DNA of 64,000 nt from Chrysomallon squamiferum (Eukaryota; Animalia; Mollusca): the NCBI GenBank assembly GCA_012295275.1, contig CM022672.1, positions 9,424,001 through 9,488,000 on the forward strand, given 5' to 3'. The notes beneath the pieces were generated by a model. That model did no database searches. It saw only the letters and a program-made list of their open reading frames with translations, and had not been told where the DNA came from. The position numbers were made by a program, and so were the translations under genes. Within the stretch, counting starts at the first letter, position 1. Every line of letters begins with the position of its first letter. Below, piece by piece: positions 1 through 14,636 of this stretch.

Positions 1-1391
1 ATATAATACTTTCCTTCTTTTTCTTCTTTTTCTCTTAGCTGTATGAGAATTTTCAGATTAACCTTTAGAAAATATTAAAAGCTCTGTGAAAGAATGTTTG
101 TTTTACCTTTTTGCTTTAAGCAGATCAGACTTTTTGTACTTCAGTGTATTGAAGAAATGGTTAATAAAGATGTGGAGAAAATGGTAGCTAGGCTACCGCT
201 TTATCAAACTTTTATGCTATGATACAAAATACTCTCAGTATTTTTCAGAACAGAGTTCTGTGTTGTGGACGGCAAAGCCGACATGGAAATCAAGAAGTTG
301 AATGTTATTATTTCTAAAATGTCTTTTGTGAATGCTTTTTGTTTTTGTTGACAAATGCTAAAAGCAAAGAACATCAGAGATGACATTTGTATACGCAGTT
401 ATTAGTTCAGAATAGAAACAGATTAATTTAGAAAAATATTTTAAGTGCATTTTAATCTACGTTCTAAGAAGTTTACCTGTCCTATTTTTTTTTTTTTTTT
501 TTTTAATATGTTGTTTTTTTGTTTTTTTCAGATGTTGTAATACTTATCAAATGGTTTAAACTATTGCAAAATACACAGTTGTAAGGAACTGTACATATGA
601 CTAAACCCCTGTACAGAATTAGAGAAAATTTCCGTTTCCTCCACCCGATGGACTGCTTTCTTTTATCAACAAGTTATCTTTTATGTTCACCTACCCACAG
701 ACAGTAAAAAAACCTACTGTTTTTGATAAAGGAAACGTGGATCACGGTTGACGTACTTAGGATGGTTGATCGTAGGGTACATCGCACTTCAGTCCTGCAC
801 TTTAACCTCGAATTCACTAACAGCTTTTCTCCTCAAACACAATCAGTGCAACTGACAGGCTTTCGTAACAAAAACATTTCATTACCTCCAGACTCTGACG
901 TCATTAAGCCACAGCTGTTGTTCACGATATTCTCGGGTTTGTGGCTCGTTAGAAACGGTTAATTATTATTAATTATGTAGAGAATATTGGTTTTGAATGG
1001 TGGTTACACAGATATGAATCAGTAATTAATTTTATTATCATTTTTAAAACTTTAGATCAGTTCCCGATCCGGTCTGGAAGAACTCAGTCTCTCGGAATTA
1101 TTACACTGATTGTTAGGTTCGTGGTTCAGTTCCTGTAAAAGATATAAAAATTAGTGAGAACGTGTGTTTAATTTAGTAACAGGGAAGGAAAATTAGGTAA
1201 TTAGTCTTAAGGCGTTAATGAAGATGTTATACTTGGCAGTTATTATTTCCTTCTTCTTTGTGTATATTTTTGTTCAGTTATATTTCACTGTCATTATAGT
1301 TACTATTAATGTCATCACTATAATTATTAATATTAATAGTGTTACTACTATCATTATTTTTCTTTTTATTCTTCTTTTCTTCTTCTTCTTC

Positions 1392-1435
<44 letters not shown>

Positions 1436-2238
1436 GCTATCGCAATCATTTTAACGTTAGAGTAACGTACATAATTAAAAGTGATGTGATATCATGTAAT
1501 GTATGCGATACTTTATGCTATTTAGAACTACATTTCAAATGAATACTGTTCCATCTAATAAAAAAAAAATTGATTTAAATCAGTCTTCAGTCTTATTTTT
1601 AAGTTTTAAGAATGAAATGCAGTTCACAACTGATGAAATTCTGGTAACGTATACATGGAATCATGCCAAGTATGAAACCAGTTATAACAATAAAATTTAA
1701 AACTGAAAGAAAAAGTGAATTAGTTAGAAAGATTCGTGATATTCATACAAAAAGCTATCTCTTTGAAGACCGGTGAATGCCTTAATCTTTTTATCCTTGA
1801 TATTAATCTTTAATAGCACTACATCCAGAACGGTTTAATTAAAACTGACAACTTATCTGTATTAAGACGAGAATCTTACAAGGAAATTAAATTCTCCCAT
1901 GTATTACATAATGCAGTTAAACGTAATGGGTTGCAATGCAATAATATTTGACTTGCATGTGTTAACAGAAAAAGAAAAATCCTGAGTCTAAATTTTATTT
2001 TCCTCTTAAAGGAATCGGTGGCTGGGCAGTAATAAAGTTATCTTCTGATGAGATAATTTATTTTAGTGTTGTAAGATATTCTAGAAGGTTTCTAAAGTGC
2101 CCTGTTTTACCAAATTATTGTTAATAGATAAGGCTGTAAACACGAATTTTATCTTGTTTCTTTTATTACAACTGTCAAGTGTTTTAAGTATTCATTTTGA
2201 GGATACTGAATGTTGGCAATCCTCTTTAGTTAGAAATT

Positions 2239-2277
2239 AGAGAGAGAGAGAGACAGACAGAGATACAGAGAGAGAAA

Positions 2278-2325
<48 letters not shown>

Positions 2326-2366
2326 ATATCAGATATACATACACATATATAGATAGATAGATAGAC

Positions 2367-2458
<92 letters not shown>

Positions 2459-2460
2459 TA
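2239..2460. repeat. Compound microsatellite (AG)n followed by (TAGA)n
   Basis: Direct reading: AG run to ~2324, then a long TAGA run ~2350-2457. Confidence 0.97.
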
Positions 2461-3575
2461 CTGGCTATATATATGGCCAGACAGACAGAGAGAAAGACAT
2501 ATAAACAGAGACACAGAAAGTCAGACAGCCAGACAAAGAGAAAGTAAGTTAGACATGCAGAGAGACATATAGTCGGAGGTAGATATATAGATAGGTAGAT
2601 TGGTAGTTATGTATATAGGCATAGGTAGGTAGCTAGGCAGATAAAAAGAAAGACAGTCAGACAGTCAGACAAGGAGAGAGGGGCAGAAAGAATATTACAA
2701 AATAAAAATAAACGACTGAAGAAGGCGTCGTACAGTTATGACATCGCAATGCTATGATTATATATAAGAATACAGTGTACACTAATTTATTTTTAATACA
2801 ACAATATTAATACCGCTTGGCATTTTTCGCTTTCTTATTTATGCAAACGAAAGACCGGTAATAAACAGTTCAGAATATTATGATTACTTGGCATTCGCCA
2901 AACATTTTCGTATTATTCAAACAGGCACTGACAAAATCAGATATCGAGGCAGAACGGAAATTAAGACTGTATTGGTAAACCAGACCAGTTTTCAAGTCAT
3001 AGTTTCGGAGCCGCTGAAGGAATAAAAGTCTGCGAATTTTGAGCCTCTGTCCCAGATTTTTATATTTTTTCAACTAATCGAGTCAGTTCTGATGCAGCAG
3101 TCTTTTTCATTGATGACAAATGTCGTGCACCATGACCTAGAAATGTATTGAAGAAATTTCACTCGAAAATACTGATTGCTTTTTCTTATTCGATCTTTTT
3201 CACTACGGTATTTTTATTTTTTTTTTTATTATGTTTTTTTTTAATTTATATATTTATTTTTTTTTTTTTTATTTTTTTTTTTTTTTTTTTTTGCTTGCTT
3301 CGTTTCACGTGAAACAAATGGTGTACACATTTGACATCTGACAAGTGCTGACAAAACACATTTCAGAGACGTCATTAAACAAACATCACGTTACTTTGCG
3401 TCACTCTATAAACAATATTCATTTCCGTTCTGGGATTTGGAGATGCGATGAGGTCTGTATTAAGGTATCTTTTACGACAACAAATTACTTTTTGTATTTC
3501 ATCCTTTTTTATTTCCTCCTCTTTTTTTATTTTTTTTTTTTTTTTGGAATATTCACCTCGACGAAGAGGTGAATA

Positions 3576-3685
<110 letters not shown>

Positions 3686-4107
3686 CATCAGTGTTTTCTG
3701 TAGATTAAATGAAGTCTAGTTTGCTTTTAACTGTCAATAACGAGAACATGGTTGTTTCCTGTTGACCAAAAAGAAGTCTGTTACACTTTTAACTGTGAAC
3801 AAATGCGGCACGTTGAAGCTGAATAGATAGGCCGGTCACGCAAACAATCAGACACGGCAAATTGGCCCGGATTACGTCTTCACGTTTTGACTGTCACATG
3901 CAATTTATTTATGAGAAGTACAAATCTCTCGGCTCACAGCTGTCGGAGTCAGGCTGGCTGTCGACTCACTGTGTCGTTGTTGCCACAGTTGCGACAGTCG
4001 CAGCTTGCAGGCATGTCTCCTAAAAAAAATACAGCACTTGGACGTGAAGAAAATAGGAAAAAACAACAACCAAAAAATATAACAACCTGCTAAAACAAAT
4101 CGATTGA

Positions 4108-4400
4108 ATAAAGCAGAGTATACCGTTGTTATGCACCTTAAAATATATCAGTTACAGATAATTAAAGTTTGAAAGTATGTCGCGTTCAACAAATATCGTA
4201 GATGGACACTAAGAAAGAAAAAAGAAAATACTTCTGAAATAAACTGGTTGGATAAAGTAGTGTATACTGTTGTGAAGCACCTTAATACATGTCAGTACAG
4301 GCAGCAGAGCCTGAAGGCACATTGCGTTCAAAGAATACTGTACTTTAGCTCTAAGGAAAAAAACAAGACTTATTGTGCATCTTAATATTTGTTAATATAG
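4108..4400. repeat. Diverged ~144-bp tandem duplication with a partial third copy
   Basis: ataaagcagagtataccgttgttatgcacctta...gcgttcaa...ctaag (from 4108) aligns with ataaagtagtgtatactgttgtgaagcacctta...gcgttcaa...ctaag (from 4252); tattgtgcatcttaa at ~4371 is a partial third copy. Confidence 0.8.
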
Positions 4401-6879
4401 TTCAAGTGAACAGGAATGGATAGTTTTTTATTTTTGTTCGCTTGATTTTCTTTTCTTTTTATTTCTTTTCTATTTTATTCGTGTGCATATTTTGTCTAGA
4501 AATCATGTTTAACATATTCATACATACATACATACATTCATACATACATACTTATACACGTATGTTTGTTTGCGATATTAACTGTCCGTAGATCAGTACG
4601 TTCGAGTATCTGTCCTTGAAACCTTCTATTCATCTTCCCATTACAGAAGTTATCTCGACACATATAAACAGACAGACAGATAATACGTAAATAAACATAT
4701 TTTATCAGTTAAGCTACAGAAATGTTTAAGATATGTTTTACTAGATTACATCGTGAAGTTTTACATTACACTTTCGTGTTTTCAAAACATTTTCACGATA
4801 ACACTACGCCTGTTTTCAATTCTGGCAGTGTTCAAACAGTTATATATTTATCAGATTATCTTCAGCATTCTGTAAAAGGTATAAAGCAAAGGTTAGAAAA
4901 ATATGAAACGAATAATATCCACGAGTGCATACGTTCGGACGCATAAATGAAAAAGAACAAATCCAATCCCAGTGGCTGTACTGATTACGTAGAGAAAGTT
5001 TGCCTAAGTAGAAGTGAATGTAATTAGCGGGTTTTAATAAAATTTACATCATCTGCAAATGTCATAATGCCAAGTGTCTTGCGAAATTTTCTTCACATGC
5101 TGTATTAATACATTAGAGATCGCCTTGAGGCTCATTTTCTTTTTTTTTTTTAAGGGAAAGATTTAATTTAATATACGTATTTTTCCAAATGTTATTTTGA
5201 AAAAAAATAAAGACGAAAATCTGAAGCAATCTTTTTTTTTTTTAAATATAAATCAAATAGATTATATTTCTATCTCTCTCTCTTGCGTCTCTGTCTCTGT
5301 CTCTCTTTTTCTCTCTCTCTCTTTCTCTCTCACTCTCTGTCTCTCACTCTCTCTCTCACCGCTCATGTCTTTATTTTTCTTTCATTCTTTCTTTTTTTGT
5401 CTGTATTCTTCTTTTTTATTTTTATTTTTTTATTTTTTTATTTTTATTTTTATTTTTTTTTTTTTGTTTTTTGTACATCCTTTCCAAACCGGAGTGAACC
5501 TCACATTATAACGGATACCTATTTTTTTAATGTGTTGTACAAATCGACAAATTAAATTAAACCCACAAACTAACATAAATACTACACCATTCCTTCTACT
5601 CCAGTGCCTCATACTTAGCTACACTGAGAAAAGTAAACCACGCAGAAGTAAAAAAAATATTTTATTAACGTAATTTGGATGCAGTTTCATGGTTAAGAAG
5701 AAGGCTTATTATGCATCATAAACGAATTCGACCCTTCTCGAATGTATTTACTAAGCTATTTTTGCATCTACCTTTTGAACCATCGGTCTACAAAAGTCAA
5801 GGATAAGGCTTTCGGTTCATGTTATTATTAGTCATAAGAGTAGTCCCCACAGAGGAGCGATATCTGATTTCATATCTTTAATCACTATTATATAAGGAAC
5901 CCAAAGACGAAACTCAGAGAGCTAATATTAATATTGGTTTACGTGTCGCTAAACACTCGTTCTTTGTTCATTAGTGCAGCAATGCATTTATTTAAATGAA
6001 CCCTTGTGACGGTCTTAACAGAGATATTTTATTATCCCAATTAAATGCACTGCTAAGCGTAGCAGAGACTGATTCTTAATCTGCAGTTGTGTAGCTATCT
6101 TCTGTGGACCCACACAGACGCTTTTTCAATTCTCTCTCTCGCCGAAAAGACTCGACTTGGTTATTCCAAGAGCTCATCTCTGGTGTGAGTGGTTCATGTA
6201 AAGGATAACCGTCGTTCGTTTAAATAAATAATAAACAATGTATTCCGTAAGAATGGTGCATTTGAAGTATGGCTAATGAAAATCATTGATCCGTTTCGAA
6301 TCTTCAGTGAAGAGTAAACGCCTGTATTGACTATCCTCGACGAATCAGTGACTTCTGAGTTAATGATGTGACATTACACAAATCAAAAGCGATGACTGAT
6401 CTCTCACAGCTGGCCTGTTGCGTGTTATAAATATGTGGTTTTATCTCTGATTAATTAATCAGCATCGGGATCCATGATAAAGTATCGATCAACAGAATCG
6501 AGTCTGTAAACTTTTTTTTGTGTGTGGAGAAGTCAAACCTATGGCGCCACTTTATTTATTTGATTTCATTTTATTTTATTTTATTTTATTTTATTTTTTA
6601 TTTTATTTTTTATTATTATTTTATTTTATTTTATTTCATTTTATTTTTATTTTTTATTTTATTATTATTTTATTTTATTTTGTTTTTATTTATTTTTAAT
6701 GTTTGTTTTACTTGTTTATTTATTTATTTTGTTTTTTTATTTACTTATTTGTTTGTGTGTTTGTTTGTTTGTTTATTTACTTATTTTTTTATTTACTTAT
6801 GTATCTATTTTTTATTATTGCTTTTTTATAACAGTAATAATAATAATTATTAAGAACATGCACATGATGATTATAATGT

Positions 6880-7470
6880 TAATGTTAAGAAATAGTTGGC
6901 ATAGCAGAGGATTAATTAGTATTTTAGATTGGTTAGTATGTTAAATGATTAATGTGTTAAATAATTAAATAGTATATCAAACGATGGGTTAGAATGCTGG
7001 ATGATTAGTTCGTACGCTAGATAATGTATGTTAATTTATTAGTATGTTAAAACATAAGTTATTATGCTAGGATGTTAGTACGTTAGAATATTAGCATGCT
7101 ATATTATTAGTTACTATATAAAAGATATTAGTATGTTAGAGCATTAGTTAGTATGTTAGATATTAGTATGCTAGAGAATTAGCTGTAATGCTTGTTAGTA
7201 TGTTAGAGTATTAGTATGTCAGTGTTAGTGTGTTAGAGTTTTACTCTGTTAGATTGTTAGTATGATACAGTATTAGTTAATACGTTAGAGTATTAACATG
7301 CTAGAGGATTAATTAGTAATGCACATGATTAGTTATTAGTATGGCAGAATATGAGTTAGTATGTTAGAGGATTTCATAATATGTTAGATTAGTTAGCTTG
7401 ATAAATTACCTGGTATGTTATAAGATTTGTTAGTATGTTATGAAGTTTGTTGGTATGTTAGAGAATGTGT
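6880..7470. repeat. Degenerate 16-bp minisatellite, consensus ~TTAGTATGTTAGAGTA
   Basis: Many recurrences of ttagtatgttag variants at 16-20 bp spacing. Confidence 0.88.
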
Positions 7471-8651
7471 TATAGAGAAGAGAATGTTTAAGTGTTACAC
7501 AATTACAAGTTAAGTGTTTGGAATCTGTTTCCGGGACACGCACCACCTACCTAACGGCTGGGACATAAACTATATTTACATAAACTGTAGACTTATTTTT
7601 ATTCCGACAAAATAAAAAATTCAATATGTAATTGGATTTTAACATTAAATAAAAATAAAAATAAAGAAAATAAAGAATGAAGAAAAAAATCAGGAAAGAA
7701 AAGAATGAAATGAAAGAATGAAAAGTGAAAAATAAACAAAAAAAGAAAGCAAAAAAATTAAAACGAAAAAAAACAAAATAAACACATAATAAAAGAAAAT
7801 AAAGAAACAAAAGAAACGAATGATTGAAAAGAAAGAAATAATGAAAGAAAAAAGAAAGAAAATAAAAGAACAAGAGAACACAAAATACAGAAACAAATAA
7901 CCAAACAAACAAACAAAAAATAAAATTAAAAAAATAAATAAATAAATAACAAAGAAAAAAAGACTGAAATAATTTGCTACACCAAACAATATTAAAAAGC
8001 GAAGTGTTTCCGGTTAGTTAAAAAGAACATAGGAATTTACGTTTCCTGAAATTCAGAACGTGTAACACATTGATTGCAAATAACATTTATAAACGAGGTA
8101 TCTTCTAACATATATCATTACCTTTTTCCTTTATTTATTTTCTTTCTTTTTTTAGTCCGTGTTATTTATTTGTTCGGCCTTTTTGTAATTAATTATTATT
8201 ATTATTAATTTTTTTTTTTTTCTTTGTTTGGTTTCTTCTATTAATTTTTTCGTTTGTTATTTGTTTCTTATCCGGAATTGATGTTCAAATTATACAACAG
8301 GAAAATAAAAATAAAAGAAGCTATGTATATTCTTTTATCGATATATGTAGGTAGGTAGGTAGCTTACATATGCATGCATTTAGGTTGGTAGGTAGTTATA
8401 TAGGTAGGTAAATATGTATATATGTGTGCACCTGCATATGTGTATATATATTTGTATTTGTTTGTATTGTGTGTGTACGTACATATATGTGTTTGCTGTC
8501 TGTGTGTGTAATTATAAAATAATCATTTCCAATAACCATAAACAAATTAGAAAGTTACAATCCTGAAAAAACATTAGACAGATATACAGACGTGTACCGT
8601 TAAATTGAGGGGAACAATTGGTTAAATAAATAGAGAGACATGTTTATAATA

Positions 8652-9375
<724 letters not shown>

Positions 9376-10102
9376 ATGATTTTTATATACAAATGACTTA
9401 AAATATATTCTCCTGTCATAAAACATGAAAACCCCCCACATAATTCGCATATTATCACCAAGCTCTTTACATTCCGAATGTTGAAATTTCACATACAAAC
9501 GATTGCTTAATTATTATATTCATTACTCGATGCGTAACAAAGATATCATTTTACTGTTTGTAAAAAGCTAAAAAAAACAGCTTGAAAGATGTAACGATCT
9601 GCGAACTTTAAGGTAACAGTTGTTTGCAAAACATGGCAGTTCTCACTAGATAAACAAATACAGAGAAGAAAATTATTGTTGTCAAGTGTGTTAGTGGTTA
9701 ATTTGGTATCGACTGCACGTTTAATTCTGAGTTTCTCGGTAATTACGACAAACACAGAGATACTAAATAATTCAGTCGAAGAAATAAGAGAAATTAACCT
9801 GATTGGTTCAAAACTTTCAAGCGAAGTCATACATGTCCACGACAGGCGCGCTCAACCACCGTCTTTTTTGAAACAGGCTGATGTTTATCTATGCAAACAC
9901 CCACCTAGAATAGAACTTGTAACCTTCAAGCGTTGCTTTTGCAAAAGGCTGTCTTATATTGCTTTTTTTTATGCGGAGAAAAGATACGAAAACTTTCAAA
10001 TAGTGATGGTGATAGCAAACGTTCGGAGTCAGTGAAATTGATTAAATAAAAAAATACGACTTTTCTTTTTTCAAACAAATACCACCGATGGATAATATGT
10101 AA

Positions 10103-10145
<43 letters not shown>

Positions 10146-10400
10146 ATATAAGAAAACAAATAAATAATAGGAAATGACGAAAGCTTCGGTTAAGCCCATT
10201 CATGAATGCAAAGGTCATAAATACATTTCACTGTAAAGTGCTGGAAGATTCTGAAATAAAATTATATCAGATATCGGAAATATTGAATTTCAGAAACATA
10301 ATTTTTATATTGATTTTGTTACTGTTAAGAGAAGACATTCTTTAACAATGTAATCCGTTTTATTTGTGTTAATACAGACTATAATTATAAAAAAAAACCC

Positions 10401-10432
<32 letters not shown>

Positions 10433-11790
10433 ATATATATATTACTAACACCACCACCATCATCACCATTATTATCATCATGAAATAATACGTTCATAGA
10501 TACATAGTTAAGAATGAGGGAGACATACAGATAGAAATACAAAATACGAAAGAGAGACAGATAAATAGACAGACAGTCAGAGCCAGAGAAAGGATTGAAA
10601 AAGAATAATAATTAGTAATAGGTGGAAAGTAAATCTAAAATAAATAAATAAATAACGACAGTAATATTAACAGAGAATTCTATATTTATTTACAAATTAC
10701 GTAACGTTTAAAAACTCTTCCGACGAAACGTCGACGATGATGACGATAACCACAACTTCATTTAGACCAAAAATAACCAGGAATAAAACGGAGTACAAAG
10801 GACTTTTGTTTTAAAGAATATACTCAAACATATTAAATATGGTTTAATTGCTTTGACATTTACTTGAAACCCTTTGATGGAATTACTTTAGACAATAGGT
10901 TTTTCTTTTCGTAACATGGCGTGTCTGTCAGCAAATGCACTTTTAACGATGAGAGGTGCATTTAAATGTCCACATGAAACGTCTTTGTATAAAAGTTCCA
11001 TGCTGGTAAAAGTAATAAGTACTCGGGGAGGATGCGGTAGTAGATTTCCGTTGATATGTCATCATCATAAATTACACACAAACAGACATATTCACATAAA
11101 TACTTGCACTTACAGACATAAACACATTCAGAGACACACAAACACAGACACATAAACACAAACACTTACACTCACTGACATAAACTCACAAAGAGACACA
11201 CATACATAGACACATGCACACAAATACACTCACAGACATAAACACAGACATACATACGCACATACATACCCAAATAATTGGTCTACGTGTCTCTGTTCCT
11301 AAAAAAAAAAAAATATATGTCTCTGTCTCTGTCTCCTACAAATACGTTAATATTCATTTAGAATAAAATCCTGGAATATTAGTCAACGTTTGTGTACGTA
11401 TTTCTTTCACCTTCACAACTGTCTAGATTAATTTTATATATAACCGAGTTGCCGGAAAAAAAACCTGGAAAAAAAAAAAAAAAACTGAAAAAAACAACAA
11501 AAAAAAAACCTAACAAAGAGAAAACAACACAGCCTTGAGCATTTGTTTTTGTTTTTTCTTGTTTTTTTTTTAAAAAAGGTCCTTAATGAAAACAAATTAG
11601 GATCCAAACCATTTATTTGAAAAAAGAAAGAAACCAAGATGGGCATATCATGTTACTGATTCAAAAAACAACGTTAAATGTTTGAAGGATGTTTGTTGTA
11701 TCCCGCCTGAATAAAAACATTATCACTTGTAAGTGCTAGTCATGTAAAAAAATCATTTCCTGTTAATTACTACTATTTGCGTTCTGTTGA

Positions 11791-11791
11791 A

Positions 11792-11857
<66 letters not shown>
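11791..11857. repeat. (AAT)n microsatellite
   Basis: Perfect trinucleotide run. Confidence 0.97.
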
Positions 11858-11859
<2 letters not shown>

Positions 11860-12199
11860 AAAAATGAAGATTTAAACAAAAAGAAAAAAAAAAAAAAAGG
11901 AAAAACAGAAGAAAAAAAATATTAGATAGATGGGGAGACAGATATATAGACAGAAAGAGAGACAGACATTCGTAGATACAAACGTATGTAAATAAGTGGA
12001 GACACATACTGATAGACAGGCAGACGGAAAGGACAATGAGAGAAAAGAATCGGGAAGGAAAGAGACAGAAGGAGAAACAGACAAATAACAACAACATCAA
12101 AGCAGTGCAAGACAAAAATAAACCAGTGACATGTCCAGGAAACTGTACGACAAAAACAACGCGATACGTCAACGCCCACTTGTACGTTTACCTTTTATT

Positions 12200-12742
12200 T
12201 CAACGTGAATTAAATGCATGTTGTCGGTGAAAAGGAATCAGGAATCGGCTCGGGCGTGATTGCTGGGGAATAACATCGATCTTCTTGCACTTATCACCTC
12301 TGGCCAGCGCACGTCCCGTCTTACCCAGCCCAGGCATTTGGACCATGTGCCTCGGATCAATGTATGGTGCGCGAAGACTGTTATTTCCCAGCCTCTGTTT
12401 GTCTATCGATCCCCCTGGCACACGGGGAACAAACACGCCGCTTTCAGCTGTTAACTAGTAAGCTGCTCACTTTAAATAATTAATCACATCAACTATTGAT
12501 ATACCACAGGCTAACTTGTAATGCAAATTGCACGCAGAAAGAACAGCGATGTTCAACAAACAAATCCTGTCTTGTGTTAAGTATTTAAATTTGCTGCGAC
12601 ATCGTCCGCAGTTAATGTTTGCTCTAGTTAAAACCAAGGCAAAGAGTCGTTTCCCCTTTTTTTTCGAGCATTCATTGGATGAAAATGAAATGACGATTTC
12701 AAAGTTTGCATGTGTGGAGTTTTTCAGGTTTTTTGGTCTAAG
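12200..12742 (+). promoter_or_regulatory. CpG-rich island ending at a consensus splice donor; candidate promoter plus first exon
   Basis: Repeat-free, GC-richer sequence ending in AG|GTAAGC (exon end 12742). ATG 12690 reads MTISKFACVEFFRFFGL into the donor. Confidence 0.35.
12262..12392 (+). ncRNA. Candidate structured RNA: long imperfect hairpin
   Basis: 12262-12275 pairs with 12379-12392 (13 WC + 1 GU); 12280-12290 pairs with 12367-12377 (9 WC, 1 GU, 1 mismatch). Confidence 0.3.
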
Positions 12743-12939
12743 GTAAGCGTGTACTTTCTTATTTTCTGTTGTGTTGACCATAATGCTGAATAATTTAAAT
12801 AAAATTAAAATGAAAGGAAATAATTAAAAGTAAATAACGGAAATGATGATGGCAACCACAGTGATGATGATGATGATGATGATGCAGGAAAATTTCTAAT
12901 AAAAATTAAAATGTAAATGAGTAAAACCATGTATAAAGA

Positions 12940-12943
12940 ATTA

Positions 12944-12980
<37 letters not shown>

Positions 12981-13068
12981 CATCATCATCATCATCACTA
13001 CTACTACTGCTACAACTACTTCCACTACTACTACAGATAATAACAATAATAATAAAATAATAATAATA

Positions 13069-13106
<38 letters not shown>
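12940..13106. repeat. Compound trinucleotide array (ATT)n(ATC)n(ACT)n...(AAT)n
   Basis: Direct reading; the outer arms are reverse complements of each other. Confidence 0.95.
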
Positions 13107-13109
<3 letters not shown>

Positions 13110-14590
13110 ATCCTTATGATGCAAGGATTATTATTACGAACATGATAATCAATAATGATTATTCTATGATTATAACTATGCTGATGAAGGTGACGGTAAT
13201 ACATTGGCACATTTATTATAATCTGCGTATATGGGTGTGTCCATCTCTCTGTCTGTATATATATATCAGTCAGTGTACTGATACATTTATTCCATTAGAT
13301 TACTTCCAGAAAATAAATATATAGGAAAATTAACTTATGTCTTCATTTTCAAAGAAAAACAATGACATTAATGTGTGCATGTACGTATGTCTGTGTATGT
13401 GCGTGTCTGTGTGTGTGCGTTCCCGATAATAGTATTTGTCCTTCACTGTCTATCAAAATAATTAGTTTCACTGAAGATATCCCAGAGGCTTTGGTTATCT
13501 CCTCCTGAATGACAACAGTAACCAACTTCGCAAAGGAAATAAGAAAACGTTTTATTAAATCGAAAGACTACTCTTAAAAGTACTCAAAATGTGTTTTGGG
13601 CATTCGGGATATCTCGTCAATTTTCCTGACCTTTCGTAAACCATGCCTCGGAGGTATTCGTAGAAATATTCGTATTTCCATAATCTGATATTCAATTTAG
13701 GTCTTCAGCACACTTTGGTGAACTCCGTTTGCAGTTCGGAATTTTTTTCCAAGAAATAAACAATTATAGAAAACCAACAGATTAAAAAAATGTATTTAAA
13801 AAAATATATATGTGCATTAAATATTTCCTCTGAGAGGTATGTATTACAATTAGTCTATTTTGTTTCAGGAAAAAGGGGAGAAAAATATAATAATAATAAT
13901 AATAATTTAAAAAAATAAGAAAGGAAAACGATACGAAAATGTAATAAACAAAACATTCTTGCAAAAAGACAGATAGACATACGTATGTGTAATCAAAATA
14001 AAAGGGATACCAAAGCACAAGTCTGCAAAAAATAACAAATAAAAAAAAAGAAAAAAAATATTCAACGAACTTAGATGTAGAGATCATATTACTAATTGAA
14101 AAATAACGATTATATGTTTTAAAAATGTTACGTTATATCTCTGTCTTTCCTATTCTACGTTTTCCTTAGTAAAACCAGATTTAGTTACAGAAGAACAAAA
14201 AGTGCTGGTCGCTGTTAATTATTTTTGTGATAATTGTTACTATTCAATAATAATAATAAATTAATTAATTTTATAAATTGAAAAATGAGGGAAAAACAAA
14301 AGATTAAAAGAAATTATAATGGAGAAGGATATAGAAATAAAATGTTGTCAACCCAACTTGACTGTCTTAATTTGTCACATAATTAGATTACAGAATTCTT
14401 GGGGATCGGCATTACTCGAGATTGATCCTTATGGTTGAATTTGTTTTCGATATTTTGCGATGCAGCTGGTTTTCCAAGTTAGCAGTGAACATCTATTTAT
14501 TATATATAAATGTATATAATGTGTCCGTCTGCCTATTCATACATACATACATGCATACATACATTCCTATATACATCCATTCCATCCATC

Positions 14591-14636
<46 letters not shown>

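Noticed and set aside
1-600. Several acceptor-like sites (38, 144, 248, 531) suggesting terminal exons
   Set aside because: The frames close quickly, there is no matching strong donor, and the peptides are unrecognisable.
13489-13525. miR-9-like CTTTGGTTATCT with downstream TAACCAA
   Set aside because: Only 12 nt match the mature miRNA and the stem is 7-8 bp, so it is not a pre-miRNA hairpin.
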